This document shows positions 1-9,354 of a stretch of DNA of 47,175 nt, piece after piece (positions within the stretch are counted from its first letter, which is position 1; every line of letters starts with the position of its first letter). The translations under genes were made by a program, and so were the position numbers. A model generated the notes under the pieces. It was given only the letters and a program-made list of their open reading frames with translations. It was not told the origin of the DNA and did not search any database. The stretch lies in sequence record SRR9188676_1426; one strand, given 5' to 3'.

Positions 1-89
1 ACTTATCAAAAAGATGGAAAATCCTATCTCTGAGATAGGTTTCGTTTGGCTTATCAAGCAAACATCTATATAAAACCAAATAAAATTCC

Positions 90-143
90 GAATTAGATTA
101 GTTTTAAGATTTAACAACTTTTAAAAAAAGTCTAATCTAATTC
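90..143 (-). terminator. Inverted repeat downstream of the histidine kinase, putative terminator
   Basis: GAATTAGATTAG (90-101) / CTAATCTAATTC (132-143), 12 bp past the stop codon. Confidence 0.5.
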
Positions 144-154
144 AAAATGTATTT

Positions 155-2095
155 TTAGTAGCTTGTTGTCATTACCGCTAAATCACTCGTTTTCTTCAAT
201 GGAATAGTAAAAAAGAAAGTTGTACCTTCATCTGGTTTACTTTCGAACCAGATATTGCCATGATTTTTCTCTACAAGCTCTTTACACAACAAAAGCCCCA
301 AACCACTGCCCTTTTCTTGAGCAGTACCAAAACTTGAATAAGAAGTGTATTTATTGAAGATTTTAGACTGAGCCTCTAGTGAAATTCCCTGTCCATCATC
401 TTTAATTGATACAATAAGTTTATCCTCTTTTTCTTCAGTAGCAATGCTTACACTATTCCCTGCTTTCAAAAACTTCACAGCATTTTCTACCAAATTCCTT
501 ATTACAATATCAATCATCGCTTGGTCAGCCAAAACCATTTGCGAATCCTTCCCTTCTTCCTTAAAAACCCTAATGCTTTTCTCAGTAGCTCTTGCTTCAA
601 TCAAAGCAATGTTTTGCTGAATCACCTGCTGAATATCAAAAGGAATGGTATTTACTTGCATACCGTCCATTTGGCTTCTTGCCCAATACAATAAATTATC
701 AAGCAAATTGGCTGTTACATGAAGACTCTGGGAAGCTTTTTCGATAAAATATTCTTTTTCTTCCTCATCCATACTTTCAGTTTTCAACATATCCATCATT
801 CCTGAAATAGAATGAACAGGTCCACGAAGGTCATGCGCAATGATAGAAAAAATTCTATTTCTTACTAGAATCAATTCTTCTAAATGTTGATTTTTATTAC
901 TGATGTCTCTATTTTGTTCTTCTAATTGCTTGATAAGCTTCTTTTTATCAACAAAGTTTTTCACCAAAAGCAAAGCCAGTACCAATAAGAATAAAGCTAC
1001 CGCAGTAATCAAATTCCGTTTTAGCTCGGTATTCTTTAATTCTTCTTGTTTAATAATGGCACTTTTTTTCAGTAAATTAATTTGTTGCTGCTGCTTTTCA
1101 AGACCATAACCAGATTGAATTTTTGTGATAGCCCTTGTTTTCTCGACACCGCCAAGGCTATCTTTCAAGGCTACTTCCAAATTCCTAATTTGCAGTGCTT
1201 CTTTATAATTCCCAAGTTTAAGGTGAATCAAATACAATACATTATACACTTGCTTTGAGATTTCATTAATCCCAATTTTCTTATTTTCTTTCAATGCCAT
1301 TTGGGCATATTCTAGGCTCTTTTTATATTTCCCAGTATGATAATAAACCAAAGCAAAAGCACTATGACAATAAGTGATACCTTCGTCATCGTTCATTTTC
1401 ACGGCTAAAGGCAATGCTTTATTAAGGTAATTTTGGGCGAGTTGATAGTTTTTTAGGGCAATGTAATTCTCACCAATATTGTAGTATGTAACAATAATTC
1501 CAAAGGTATCTTTCGCTGCTTGGGCAATTTTAAGGGCTTTTTGATTGTAAGCAATTGTAGAATCAGCGTGATTTTTGTACTTAAATACTTCACCAATATT
1601 AACCAATTCATTGAAGGTAGGATAGTTATGTTGAAGCGCAATATTATAAGCCTTTTTATAATAAAAAAGAGCATTATTGTAATCTTCCATGTCGGCATAC
1701 ACAATACCAATGTTATTAAAAACATTCTGAGAAAGACCAATCAATCCTAATTTTTCACTCATGCGAAGACTTTGAAAAAGGCATTCGAGTGCTTCGGGCA
1801 AGCGTCCTTTCGAAACTAAAGACACCCCTTTTGTAAGATATGCCAAAGCAATTCCTTTATCAAAATGGTTTTTTTGAGCAAGAACAAGCGATTTTTCTGC
1901 CATAAAAAGGGCAGTATCTGCATTTTTATTCCAGTAATATCTTGAAAGGGAATAATATGTATTTACTCTGTCGGTATCATGTTTGGCAGTTCTGAGTTTC
2001 TCTTGCAAGGTTTTCAAACGACCTGTTTGAGCATGACAAACTAAGGAACAACACAACATTAATCCCAATATAAAAAAGAAGCCTTTTTTAACCAT
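155..2095 (-). CDS. TPR-repeat membrane sensor histidine kinase
   Basis: Signal peptide from ATG 2095 (MVKKGFFFILGLMLCCSLVCHA; ORF track opens at 2140), TPR-like repeats, TM helix LITAVALFLLVLALLLV, H-box IIAHDLRGP, N-box NLVENAVKF, G1 DDGQGI, G2 GSGLGL. Confidence 0.9.
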   Translation of the reverse strand: MVKKGFFFILGLMLCCSLVCHAQTGRLKTLQEKLRTAKHDTDRVNTYYSLSRYYWNKNADTALFMAEKSLVLAQKNHFDKGIALAYLTKGVSLVSKGRLPEALECLFQSLRMSEKLGLIGLSQNVFNNIGIVYADMEDYNNALFYYKKAYNIALQHNYPTFNELVNIGEVFKYKNHADSTIAYNQKALKIAQAAKDTFGIIVTYYNIGENYIALKNYQLAQNYLNKALPLAVKMNDDEGITYCHSAFALVYYHTGKYKKSLEYAQMALKENKKIGINEISKQVYNVLYLIHLKLGNYKEALQIRNLEVALKDSLGGVEKTRAITKIQSGYGLEKQQQQINLLKKSAIIKQEELKNTELKRNLITAVALFLLVLALLLVKNFVDKKKLIKQLEEQNRDISNKNQHLEELILVRNRIFSIIAHDLRGPVHSISGMMDMLKTESMDEEEKEYFIEKASQSLHVTANLLDNLLYWARSQMDGMQVNTIPFDIQQVIQQNIALIEARATEKSIRVFKEEGKDSQMVLADQAMIDIVIRNLVENAVKFLKAGNSVSIATEEKEDKLIVSIKDDGQGISLEAQSKIFNKYTSYSSFGTAQEKGSGLGLLLCKELVEKNHGNIWFESKPDEGTTFFFTIPLKKTSDLAVMTTSY

Positions 2096-2409
2096 ATTTC
2101 TTGTATGAAACCCAGATTTGTAAATGGTAGGTTTACCCATATAAACTTTAATTTGCGTGTGTTATTTCAAGAAAAACATAAGGCGAAACTATTATTGTGA
2201 AACAAAAAAGAATTAAGAATATAAGTTTTTAACTCTTTAATCAGCAATCATTTAATATACTTTGACAATGTTTTAATAATAAACTTATACAGAATGGCTT
2301 AAAGCTACAAGGCTAATCGTTATTTTTTTCTATGAGTTTTATCATACTATTATCATACCAACATAAAAAAGGTAATTAAGAAAAAATCATTCAAATTTGG
2401 TAAAAACAG

Positions 2410-2455
2410 AAAAATGCCCTTCAATCCCGAAAAGACAGGTTAAAGGACATTTTTT
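2410..2455 (-). terminator. Rho-independent terminator after the GH106 gene
   Basis: Minus strand AAAATGTCCTT...AAGGGCATTTTT stem followed by a T-rich tract. Confidence 0.6.
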
Positions 2456-2588
2456 ATTTTTTTCAGAAGAGATTATTTTGTTAAAATATTGCTTTTCAAA
2501 AACATAGTAAATATTAGCCACATGTTTATATTTTTAAAAAATTATTGCTTTTTACTGATTTAGACCTGATTTTTTTCAGTTCCAAAAT

Positions 2589-5500
2589 CTAAATCTCTTT
2601 CTCTGCAACGGTATATAAACGCACTGGACCTAATAAGCCTGAGGCTAGTAATGGGTCAGTTTTCTGGAAATGTTTCCAAGCAGAAAAAGTAATTCTTTGA
2701 CCTTTTTTCGTTTGATTATTTTTATACCATTCTGGAAAATTCAAAATAAATTTATGTGGACTATAAGTATTTTCTTCTGGCAAATATTCATCACCAATCA
2801 TACGATTTGGCCAAAGGTTTGTAACTGCAATTTCTAGTAAATTCTCTCCTTGCTTTAAAGCACTTGTCAATTCCACGACAAAGGGTTCTTTCCAAGTAAG
2901 TGCCAGATATTTACCATTGAGTTTTACTTCCGCCAATACTTCTACAAGACCCAAATTCAAGAAATAACGTAAATGTTTAGCATTTTTATTGAGTGAAAAA
3001 TGAAAGCTTTTATGATAATTTGCAGTACCTGAAAAATGCCTTACACCAAAGTTTTCATGCAAATGCAATGATTGTAAATTGGCTAATTCAATCGAATCTG
3101 GCGCACCTAATCCTTTAGGAAAATTGATTTTCCAAGCTCCATCCAAATTCAATACTTTACAACTTGCTACTTGTGCTAAAGTACTTGTTTGTGTTTTAGT
3201 CTTTGCTTGATATTTCCCATTTTGCCAAAAAAGCATTTTAGTTTTTCCTTTTTTTGAAGCTTCAAAAGTAATTGGAAAAGTAATTTCTGATGCTGGTAAA
3301 CCTTTCTTAAATAATACTTTTACAGATTCTTCATCCAGTGCTTTTTCTATCAATTCGGGGCGAGTATAATTTCCTTCAAATTGACAAATAAATTGTTCTT
3401 CTGTAGGACTTGCCCAAAGTCCGGGATGAACCATTTTGTTCGAATCTGTTTCTTTAATGGCTAAAGTATTCTCTGCCAATATTCCATTTATGTATAATTG
3501 GGCTTTGGCATTTTGATAGACTAAAGCGAGGTGTGTCCAGCCAGAAATTGGTTGATTTGCAAACACGACATCAAGTAAAGCAGCATTTGCACGTTCAAAA
3601 ACTCTAACGCCATTTTGTCCAACAGAAAGCCCAACGGTGTAATGTCCTTCTGGATAAAGACCTGTAGTTTTTGGCGAAAAAATTAGCATACTTTTCCCTC
3701 TGTGAGCAAAAGTATCAGGTTTACACCAAGCCGTAATCGTGAAATTATTTTGAACAGATTTGAAAGTAGCAAGCTGATTTACAAATGGTTTTACCTCAAG
3801 AATCATTTCATTATTGAATAAAACACTTTGAAAAGAAAGCTTTTTATCAGCACGTCTGAAGAATACAAATAGCGCTTGAGCAGGAGCAAAATTTAGTGTC
3901 ATTTGAATACGACCATCAGACAAATTCTGATAAATTGGATAATGATATTTTTGTCCCGTTTCAGCATCCCAAATTTCAGGGACAAGATTTTTTACGTTGA
4001 AATTAGCAACAATTTGCTCCGCTTGTCTTTTATGATTTCCTAAAAAATAATACGTTCCTTCTGCTAATTCTTTATGAATATAATGAATCGTAGCTTCTGG
4101 TTGAAGTGCCGTATATTCAAAATCAGGCAATAATTTTAATTGCTTGAAAACATTTGTTAAAGTCGTTTGAGTATAAATTATTCCTTTTCCAAAACTCGTG
4201 ATTGTTTCTTTACTTCTCCCTAACAAATTAGCTGTTAGTGTATTATTTTCAAATTCTTGTGATAACCTTCCCGCTTCTGGATTCACTTTCCCAAGTACCA
4301 GCAATCGCATTCCAGCTTTGACAAGTACTTCAATTTTTAGCAAAGCTTCATTAGAAATTATACTGTTTGGCAATATTGCCATAACACGGTACTTCATTCC
4401 ATGTGGTAAAAAAATTTCATTATTTTGAACGGAAAGACGATTCATCAACACAGATTTACCAATTACATCACCCGCATAACCTCTTGGTAAAAATGTACTA
4501 ACATCTGGTATCCCCGATTCAGGACTTTCACCTTTATAAAAACAAACATCCATCAATGTCTGCCCTTGTTGTAAAAGATATTGACAGCGTGTTAAATACT
4601 CCGTCCAGCCTTTTGCTTGGTTTGTCCATGTTGAATTTCTGTCGAAATGTGTTCCAAATGGCCCCATCGTCATCGCAGGTACTCCAACACGATAAGGTTG
4701 GTGAACAAACACATGAAAAACCAGTCGATTGATACCAATACTAAAAAAACGGTCGGCTTGGGCTTTTAGGGCGTAAGGATATTCTGTCCATTTTGCAGTA
4801 AGTGGCATTCCAGTGTAAGCTTCGGCAGCTATTACTTTTTGTCCATAAGCATTTCCAATAGATACCGCTTGACGACTCGTTAAATCACTTCCGTAAATGT
4901 ACCTCGTCCAAAATTCAGCCATTGGTACATCTAAAAATTGACTAATCGCTAAACTATCAAGATTACCATCGCCATAAGGTTCGGCATGATAACTTAGTTG
5001 ATTTTCATGGCATTTTTTCTGAAAATGTGCATAATAATTTTCAGTCAATAATGCAGTTTGCGTTTTACGAAAATCCCATAAAAATGCTTCTGAACTAGCT
5101 ACACTATCTACAATTCTCCCTCCTGCTAAAACAGGTAAAAACGGAAGAATATCATAATTACAATGTTTTTTAAAATCAAACGGAAATGTTTTTGTCCAAT
5201 TTTGTTTGCCTGCTTCCCAACTATCTGTCGTAAATCCTTTGAAACTATTGTAAGGTTTTAAAAGAGTAATAATTTTATTCAGAAAGTGTTCAAAATGAAA
5301 ATCAAGCGCTTTTTTATTGAATTTATCAATTTCTAAACCTGCTCCTGAATCTGGATGAGCAGCAGTTTCTTCTCCTGTTGTTGTATGACCAATGCGTAGA
5401 ATTGTCCAATTTCCGATGGGTGCTTCCCAAATTAAACGTCCGTTGGCATCCATTTTATCACTGATGTCAATAATTTGAGTAGAAAGAATTACTTCATTTT

Positions 5501-6551
5501 CAGCTACTGAAGGATTTACGCCTGAAACATCACCATGTGTAAAGTTTGTTTTACCCGACCAACCCGCCAATCTTGGTGAAGTATGTAGTTCTATTTCAGA
5601 CAAGTAAGTAGCTGAGCTACAAGACAAGCGATAGTATTTTGCTTCTATTTTTTCAAAGCTCAAAGACGAAGGCGTATCCATTTCTCGCAATTCAGGCAAA
5701 CGAATTTGTCCGATTGTTTGAAATTGTTTGCCATCGAAAGAATACTCCAATTTCACCACAGGCGGATGGTCTCGTGGACCATCAAATAAATCTTTGGGTG
5801 TTTCAGCTTTACGATTGATTGTGATAGAACGAGCTTCGAAAGTATTTTTAAAAATCAAAGTAAGCGTTGCTTCATTGTTTTCTGGCTCAATTCTTATTTT
5901 CGTTTCAGGATTTTTATCCAGTAAAATTTGAAAGTCTATCGCTTTTCCATTGAGCAATATTGCTTGTAATTGCTCTTTCATCAATGTTTTTTCAACGGAT
6001 AAAGCTGGATAAGCAATCAAAAAAGCATCTTCATAATAATCAAGTTTGGCAAAAGGTTTGGGTAGTAAAGTATCTATTTTACCTGTAGAATGTTGAAGTG
6101 TTTCCGTCCAAACAAGTTGTTGCATACTCATTTCTGGTGTAATCCAAGAACCTCCTGTGCCAGAATAACCGGGAGAATTATGAATCATTAAACTCATTCC
6201 CAAACGATTTGTTTCTTTAGCAGCGTGTTCTGTTGCCTCAAACCATTCTTTTGACGCATAATCGACAGCACCACGAGGCATTCCGACTGCATTGTTAAAA
6301 CATAAAGCTCCACCAACGCCCATTTTGTGCATTGCTTCAAGGTCGAGCGTGATTCCATCCTTTGTAATATTTCCATTCATCCACTGCCAAAATACCCAAG
6401 GTCTGGCAGTTTGTGGAGGGTTTTTAAATTGAAGAAATAATTTATCCCCAACTTTTTCAGTCAATAGTTCTCTCGCAAATATTTGCTGGTTATTCAACAT
6501 CAACCCTGTTGAAACAAAACTCGTATTTTTTAAAAATGCTCTTCTTTCCAT
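2589..6551 (-). CDS. GH106 alpha-L-rhamnosidase-like glycoside hydrolase with Tat signal and inserted LamG-like domain
   Basis: ERRAFLK twin-arginine motif; PWVFWQWMNGN, DSWEAG, AEPYG, PMAEFW, AAEAYT, GINRLVFH and VTNLWPNRMIGD motifs typical of GH106. Confidence 0.85.
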   Translation of the reverse strand: MERRAFLKNTSFVSTGLMLNNQQIFARELLTEKVGDKLFLQFKNPPQTARPWVFWQWMNGNITKDGITLDLEAMHKMGVGGALCFNNAVGMPRGAVDYASKEWFEATEHAAKETNRLGMSLMIHNSPGYSGTGGSWITPEMSMQQLVWTETLQHSTGKIDTLLPKPFAKLDYYEDAFLIAYPALSVEKTLMKEQLQAILLNGKAIDFQILLDKNPETKIRIEPENNEATLTLIFKNTFEARSITINRKAETPKDLFDGPRDHPPVVKLEYSFDGKQFQTIGQIRLPELREMDTPSSLSFEKIEAKYYRLSCSSATYLSEIELHTSPRLAGWSGKTNFTHGDVSGVNPSVAENEVILSTQIIDISDKMDANGRLIWEAPIGNWTILRIGHTTTGEETAAHPDSGAGLEIDKFNKKALDFHFEHFLNKIITLLKPYNSFKGFTTDSWEAGKQNWTKTFPFDFKKHCNYDILPFLPVLAGGRIVDSVASSEAFLWDFRKTQTALLTENYYAHFQKKCHENQLSYHAEPYGDGNLDSLAISQFLDVPMAEFWTRYIYGSDLTSRQAVSIGNAYGQKVIAAEAYTGMPLTAKWTEYPYALKAQADRFFSIGINRLVFHVFVHQPYRVGVPAMTMGPFGTHFDRNSTWTNQAKGWTEYLTRCQYLLQQGQTLMDVCFYKGESPESGIPDVSTFLPRGYAGDVIGKSVLMNRLSVQNNEIFLPHGMKYRVMAILPNSIISNEALLKIEVLVKAGMRLLVLGKVNPEAGRLSQEFENNTLTANLLGRSKETITSFGKGIIYTQTTLTNVFKQLKLLPDFEYTALQPEATIHYIHKELAEGTYYFLGNHKRQAEQIVANFNVKNLVPEIWDAETGQKYHYPIYQNLSDGRIQMTLNFAPAQALFVFFRRADKKLSFQSVLFNNEMILEVKPFVNQLATFKSVQNNFTITAWCKPDTFAHRGKSMLIFSPKTTGLYPEGHYTVGLSVGQNGVRVFERANAALLDVVFANQPISGWTHLALVYQNAKAQLYINGILAENTLAIKETDSNKMVHPGLWASPTEEQFICQFEGNYTRPELIEKALDEESVKVLFKKGLPASEITFPITFEASKKGKTKMLFWQNGKYQAKTKTQTSTLAQVASCKVLNLDGAWKINFPKGLGAPDSIELANLQSLHLHENFGVRHFSGTANYHKSFHFSLNKNAKHLRYFLNLGLVEVLAEVKLNGKYLALTWKEPFVVELTSALKQGENLLEIAVTNLWPNRMIGDEYLPEENTYSPHKFILNFPEWYKNNQTKKGQRITFSAWKHFQKTDPLLASGLLGPVRLYTVAEKEI

Positions 6552-6603
6552 CTCTTAATACTGTTCAAAAGCTTGAATCTTGGTTTATACTTTGTTCACA
6601 ACC

Positions 6604-8532
6604 TTACTTCAAATCCCAATAAACGACATAACGTTCACGATGAATGTCGTATAAAGGACGAAGTGTTATTCCTTCTTTTGACGTTTTGAAAGCGAGTGGT
6701 TTTCCAGCCAAAGGTTTAATATCATTTTCTGGATGTGCTTTATCAATACTCAAGATTTTCACTAAATCGGTTGGAACTTTATAATTGTAAGTATAATAAT
6801 CGTTGTAAAGTGAAGGGTTTGAATAAGGTGCTGGTGTTTCCATTTGTGCCGTTCCCATTTCGCCTGCTAATACAATTGGTCCATACAAAATGGCTATTTT
6901 ATCAGGATTATCGTTCGTCGCCACAGTCGTTAAATTCATTGGGAAATTTATTTCTACACGGTCGTTCGCTTTCCAAATACGAGTAATAGCAATATAACTT
7001 CCAGCAGATTGTTTGATTTTCATTGGCTTTCCGTTGACTATAACATTGACAGCACTTGCCCAAGAAGGATAACGAAGATTTAAAGTAAGTAACTGATTTT
7101 CGGCTGATTCAATAGTAAAAATCGTTTTACCTGATTCAGGAAAATTGGTTTCTTGTTTGATTTTAAAGCCTTTTTCTTGCCAATTCAAGCTTGAAGCAAT
7201 GAATAAATTCACATAAAGTGCGTCTTTACTATGATAATAAATGGCTTCTCCGTATTTAGCGTGATTCTCAAAACCACTTCCCACACAGCACCAAAAAGAG
7301 TTTTCGGGAGTACTATAAACTTTGTGCGCACCAGCCATCATCGGTAAAAAGTAAGCGACCATTCCCGTTTGTGGGTCTTGTTGACCAAGAATATGATTGA
7401 AAAGTGCTTTTTCGTAATAATCTGCATATTTTACATCGGCAGTATGCGAAAACAAATGACGAGTCAATTTAAGCATATTATAAACATTGCAAGTTTCGCC
7501 CGTGAAGCCTGTTAAATGTTGAGAAAGCTCATCTGCTTTAAAGAATTTCTCTTTATCACTATTACTTCCTGTTGCAAAAGAATGATGATTGATGACTGTA
7601 TTCCAGAAAAAACTTGCCATTTCATCGCCTTGTCCTTGTCCTTCTAGTTCAAATTCACGAGTTACTCCCAACAATTTTGGAATATAAGTATTGGCATGTT
7701 TTTTCTCCAAAATATCTTTCCCTTCTTTCAAAGGCTCAAGCATTTCATTATGATAAAAAAACTCCGCTAACCATTTATATGTTGGTTTTCCTGTAATGGC
7801 ATAAAGATTATAAAATGATTCATTGATACCTCCAAATTCATTACGAAGCATAATTGCTCTTTGCTCAGGAGTAACGGGTTGAAGCTTTTTATAAGCCCAA
7901 TCGCCCATTTTTTGAACGACTTCCAAAGCTTGCTGATTGTTACAATACAAGTATTGGTCAATCAGACCTGAGACTATTTTGTGCAAAGTGTACCAAGGAG
8001 CCCACACTCTTTTTCCTGCAATGTTTCTATTGATTAATTCTTGCGGATAAGCACTTAAATAACCCTCTTGATTCAATACTTTTTGTACTTCTGCCAAGCC
8101 AGAAACAATGCTATCTGATTTTATTTTAAAGCGTTCATCGCCCGTTTGGGCATACATTAATGCCAAACCAGAAAGCAAATGTCCAGTAGAATGTCCACGC
8201 AAATCACAATCTAACGACTCCCAACCGCCATATTTTTTAAGCTCAAAATAACCACCTTCATTAGCATCATAAATACCTGCATTATTTCGAAAACTGTGTA
8301 AAAGTCTTTTGGTATCCAACGATAAAATCCAGCTTTGTTCACGTAACATATTCTCTTTAAAGCGACCATCCAACAAACGAATAGCGGATAAATCAAAGCT
8401 ATAAACAGCCGGTTGCAATTTATCTTGCAAAGCAAATTTTCCATCGTGTTGACCGGGATAATGAGATTGGGCAAAAATACGCCCTTGAAAACATGAAAGT
8501 ATAATGATAAAAAAGTACGTGTGTTTCTTCAT
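6604..8532 (-). CDS. GH127/GH146 (DUF1680) beta-L-arabinofuranosidase-like cysteine glycosidase, secreted
   Basis: Signal peptide from ATG 8532 (MKKHTYFFIIILSCFQGRIFA); GWE, EFGG, HANT, GETCNVYNMLKL and FWCCVGSG motifs. Confidence 0.85.
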   Translation of the reverse strand: MKKHTYFFIIILSCFQGRIFAQSHYPGQHDGKFALQDKLQPAVYSFDLSAIRLLDGRFKENMLREQSWILSLDTKRLLHSFRNNAGIYDANEGGYFELKKYGGWESLDCDLRGHSTGHLLSGLALMYAQTGDERFKIKSDSIVSGLAEVQKVLNQEGYLSAYPQELINRNIAGKRVWAPWYTLHKIVSGLIDQYLYCNNQQALEVVQKMGDWAYKKLQPVTPEQRAIMLRNEFGGINESFYNLYAITGKPTYKWLAEFFYHNEMLEPLKEGKDILEKKHANTYIPKLLGVTREFELEGQGQGDEMASFFWNTVINHHSFATGSNSDKEKFFKADELSQHLTGFTGETCNVYNMLKLTRHLFSHTADVKYADYYEKALFNHILGQQDPQTGMVAYFLPMMAGAHKVYSTPENSFWCCVGSGFENHAKYGEAIYYHSKDALYVNLFIASSLNWQEKGFKIKQETNFPESGKTIFTIESAENQLLTLNLRYPSWASAVNVIVNGKPMKIKQSAGSYIAITRIWKANDRVEINFPMNLTTVATNDNPDKIAILYGPIVLAGEMGTAQMETPAPYSNPSLYNDYYTYNYKVPTDLVKILSIDKAHPENDIKPLAGKPLAFKTSKEGITLRPLYDIHRERYVVYWDLK

Positions 8533-8549
8533 TTTAGAATGCAATAAAT

Positions 8550-8557
8550 TATATTTG
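8550..8557 (+). promoter_or_regulatory. Bacteroidota sigma70 -7 element for the 8580 ORF
   Basis: TATATTTG matches TAnnTTTG, 22 bp upstream of ATG 8580. Confidence 0.5.
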
Positions 8558-8579
8558 ATAAAAAAATGTCTTTACTGTT

Positions 8580-8819
8580 ATGAAAGCAGCTCAAACGATT
8601 TATGATGATGTTGCCGATTTTATCGCCAGCATGGATCCAAGTAAGGTGATAGCATTTCAGCCTACTCAAAACAACCAAAAGCGACTTGATTTTTTATTAG
8701 ATAAACAAATAGAATCAGGGTTAACTCATGCTGAAAAAGATGAACTTGACCACTATCTTGTTCTAAATCGTATAATAGGGCTTGCTAAGGCTCGTGCCTT
8801 AAAACTCATATCTGCATGA
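8580..8819 (+). CDS. Small hypothetical protein, putative antitoxin-like partner of the HNH nuclease
   Basis: 79 aa, helical (RLDFLLDKQ...LTHAEKDELDHY), translationally coupled to the HNH ORF by ATGA overlap. Confidence 0.7.
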   Translation: MKAAQTIYDDVADFIASMDPSKVIAFQPTQNNQKRLDFLLDKQIESGLTHAEKDELDHYLVLNRIIGLAKARALKLISA

Positions 8820-9222
8820 GAAAAACGATTTCTACCCTTATAAAAAAACAGGTTGCTCTACGTGCGAATTTTCATTGTGAATATTATCTCCAACCCGAAC
8901 AAGTTTCTTTTTTCTCTTTTCACATCGACCATATCATTAGCATTAAACATGGCGGAAACTCTTCCTTCAATAACTTAGCCTATTGTTGTCCAGATTGCAA
9001 TCATGCTAAGGGAAGCGATATTGCAAGTATTATTCAAAAGGATATTTTAGTTCGATTTTTCAATCCTAGAAAAGATTCTTGGAAAGACAATTTTGATATA
9101 ATTGATGGTGCAATCATTGGAAAAACTGAAATGGGAAAAGTAACAGAACGTATTTTAAGTTTAATGAATTAGAAAGATTAATTTTCAGAAAACAGTTAAT
9201 AGCATTAAGGCTTTATCCATAG
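8816..9222 (+). pseudogene. HNH endonuclease, probably inactivated (CEYC->CEYY and a frameshift near the 3' end)
   Basis: HIDHIISIKHGG...NLAYCCPDCNHAKGSD...FNPR motifs; ORF stops at 9172, but a family-like tail FKFNELERLIFRKQLIALRLYP* runs in another frame from 9154 to 9222. Confidence 0.7.
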
Positions 9223-9290
9223 TACTTCATATTATGAATCATGGATAAGTAACTGCATTTCAATTTGAGAAAAAGAGAGAAAGGAATATG

Positions 9291-9336
9291 ATACATACCC
9301 TATTTCTATGATTTATTTAAGAAATAAGGTATGTAT
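9291..9336. terminator. Hairpin between the convergent HNH and kinase genes
   Basis: ATACATACCCTATTTCT...AGAAATAAGGTATGTAT imperfect inverted repeat; no strong U-tract. Confidence 0.45.
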
Positions 9337-9354
9337 GAAGGGAAAGGAAGGGAT

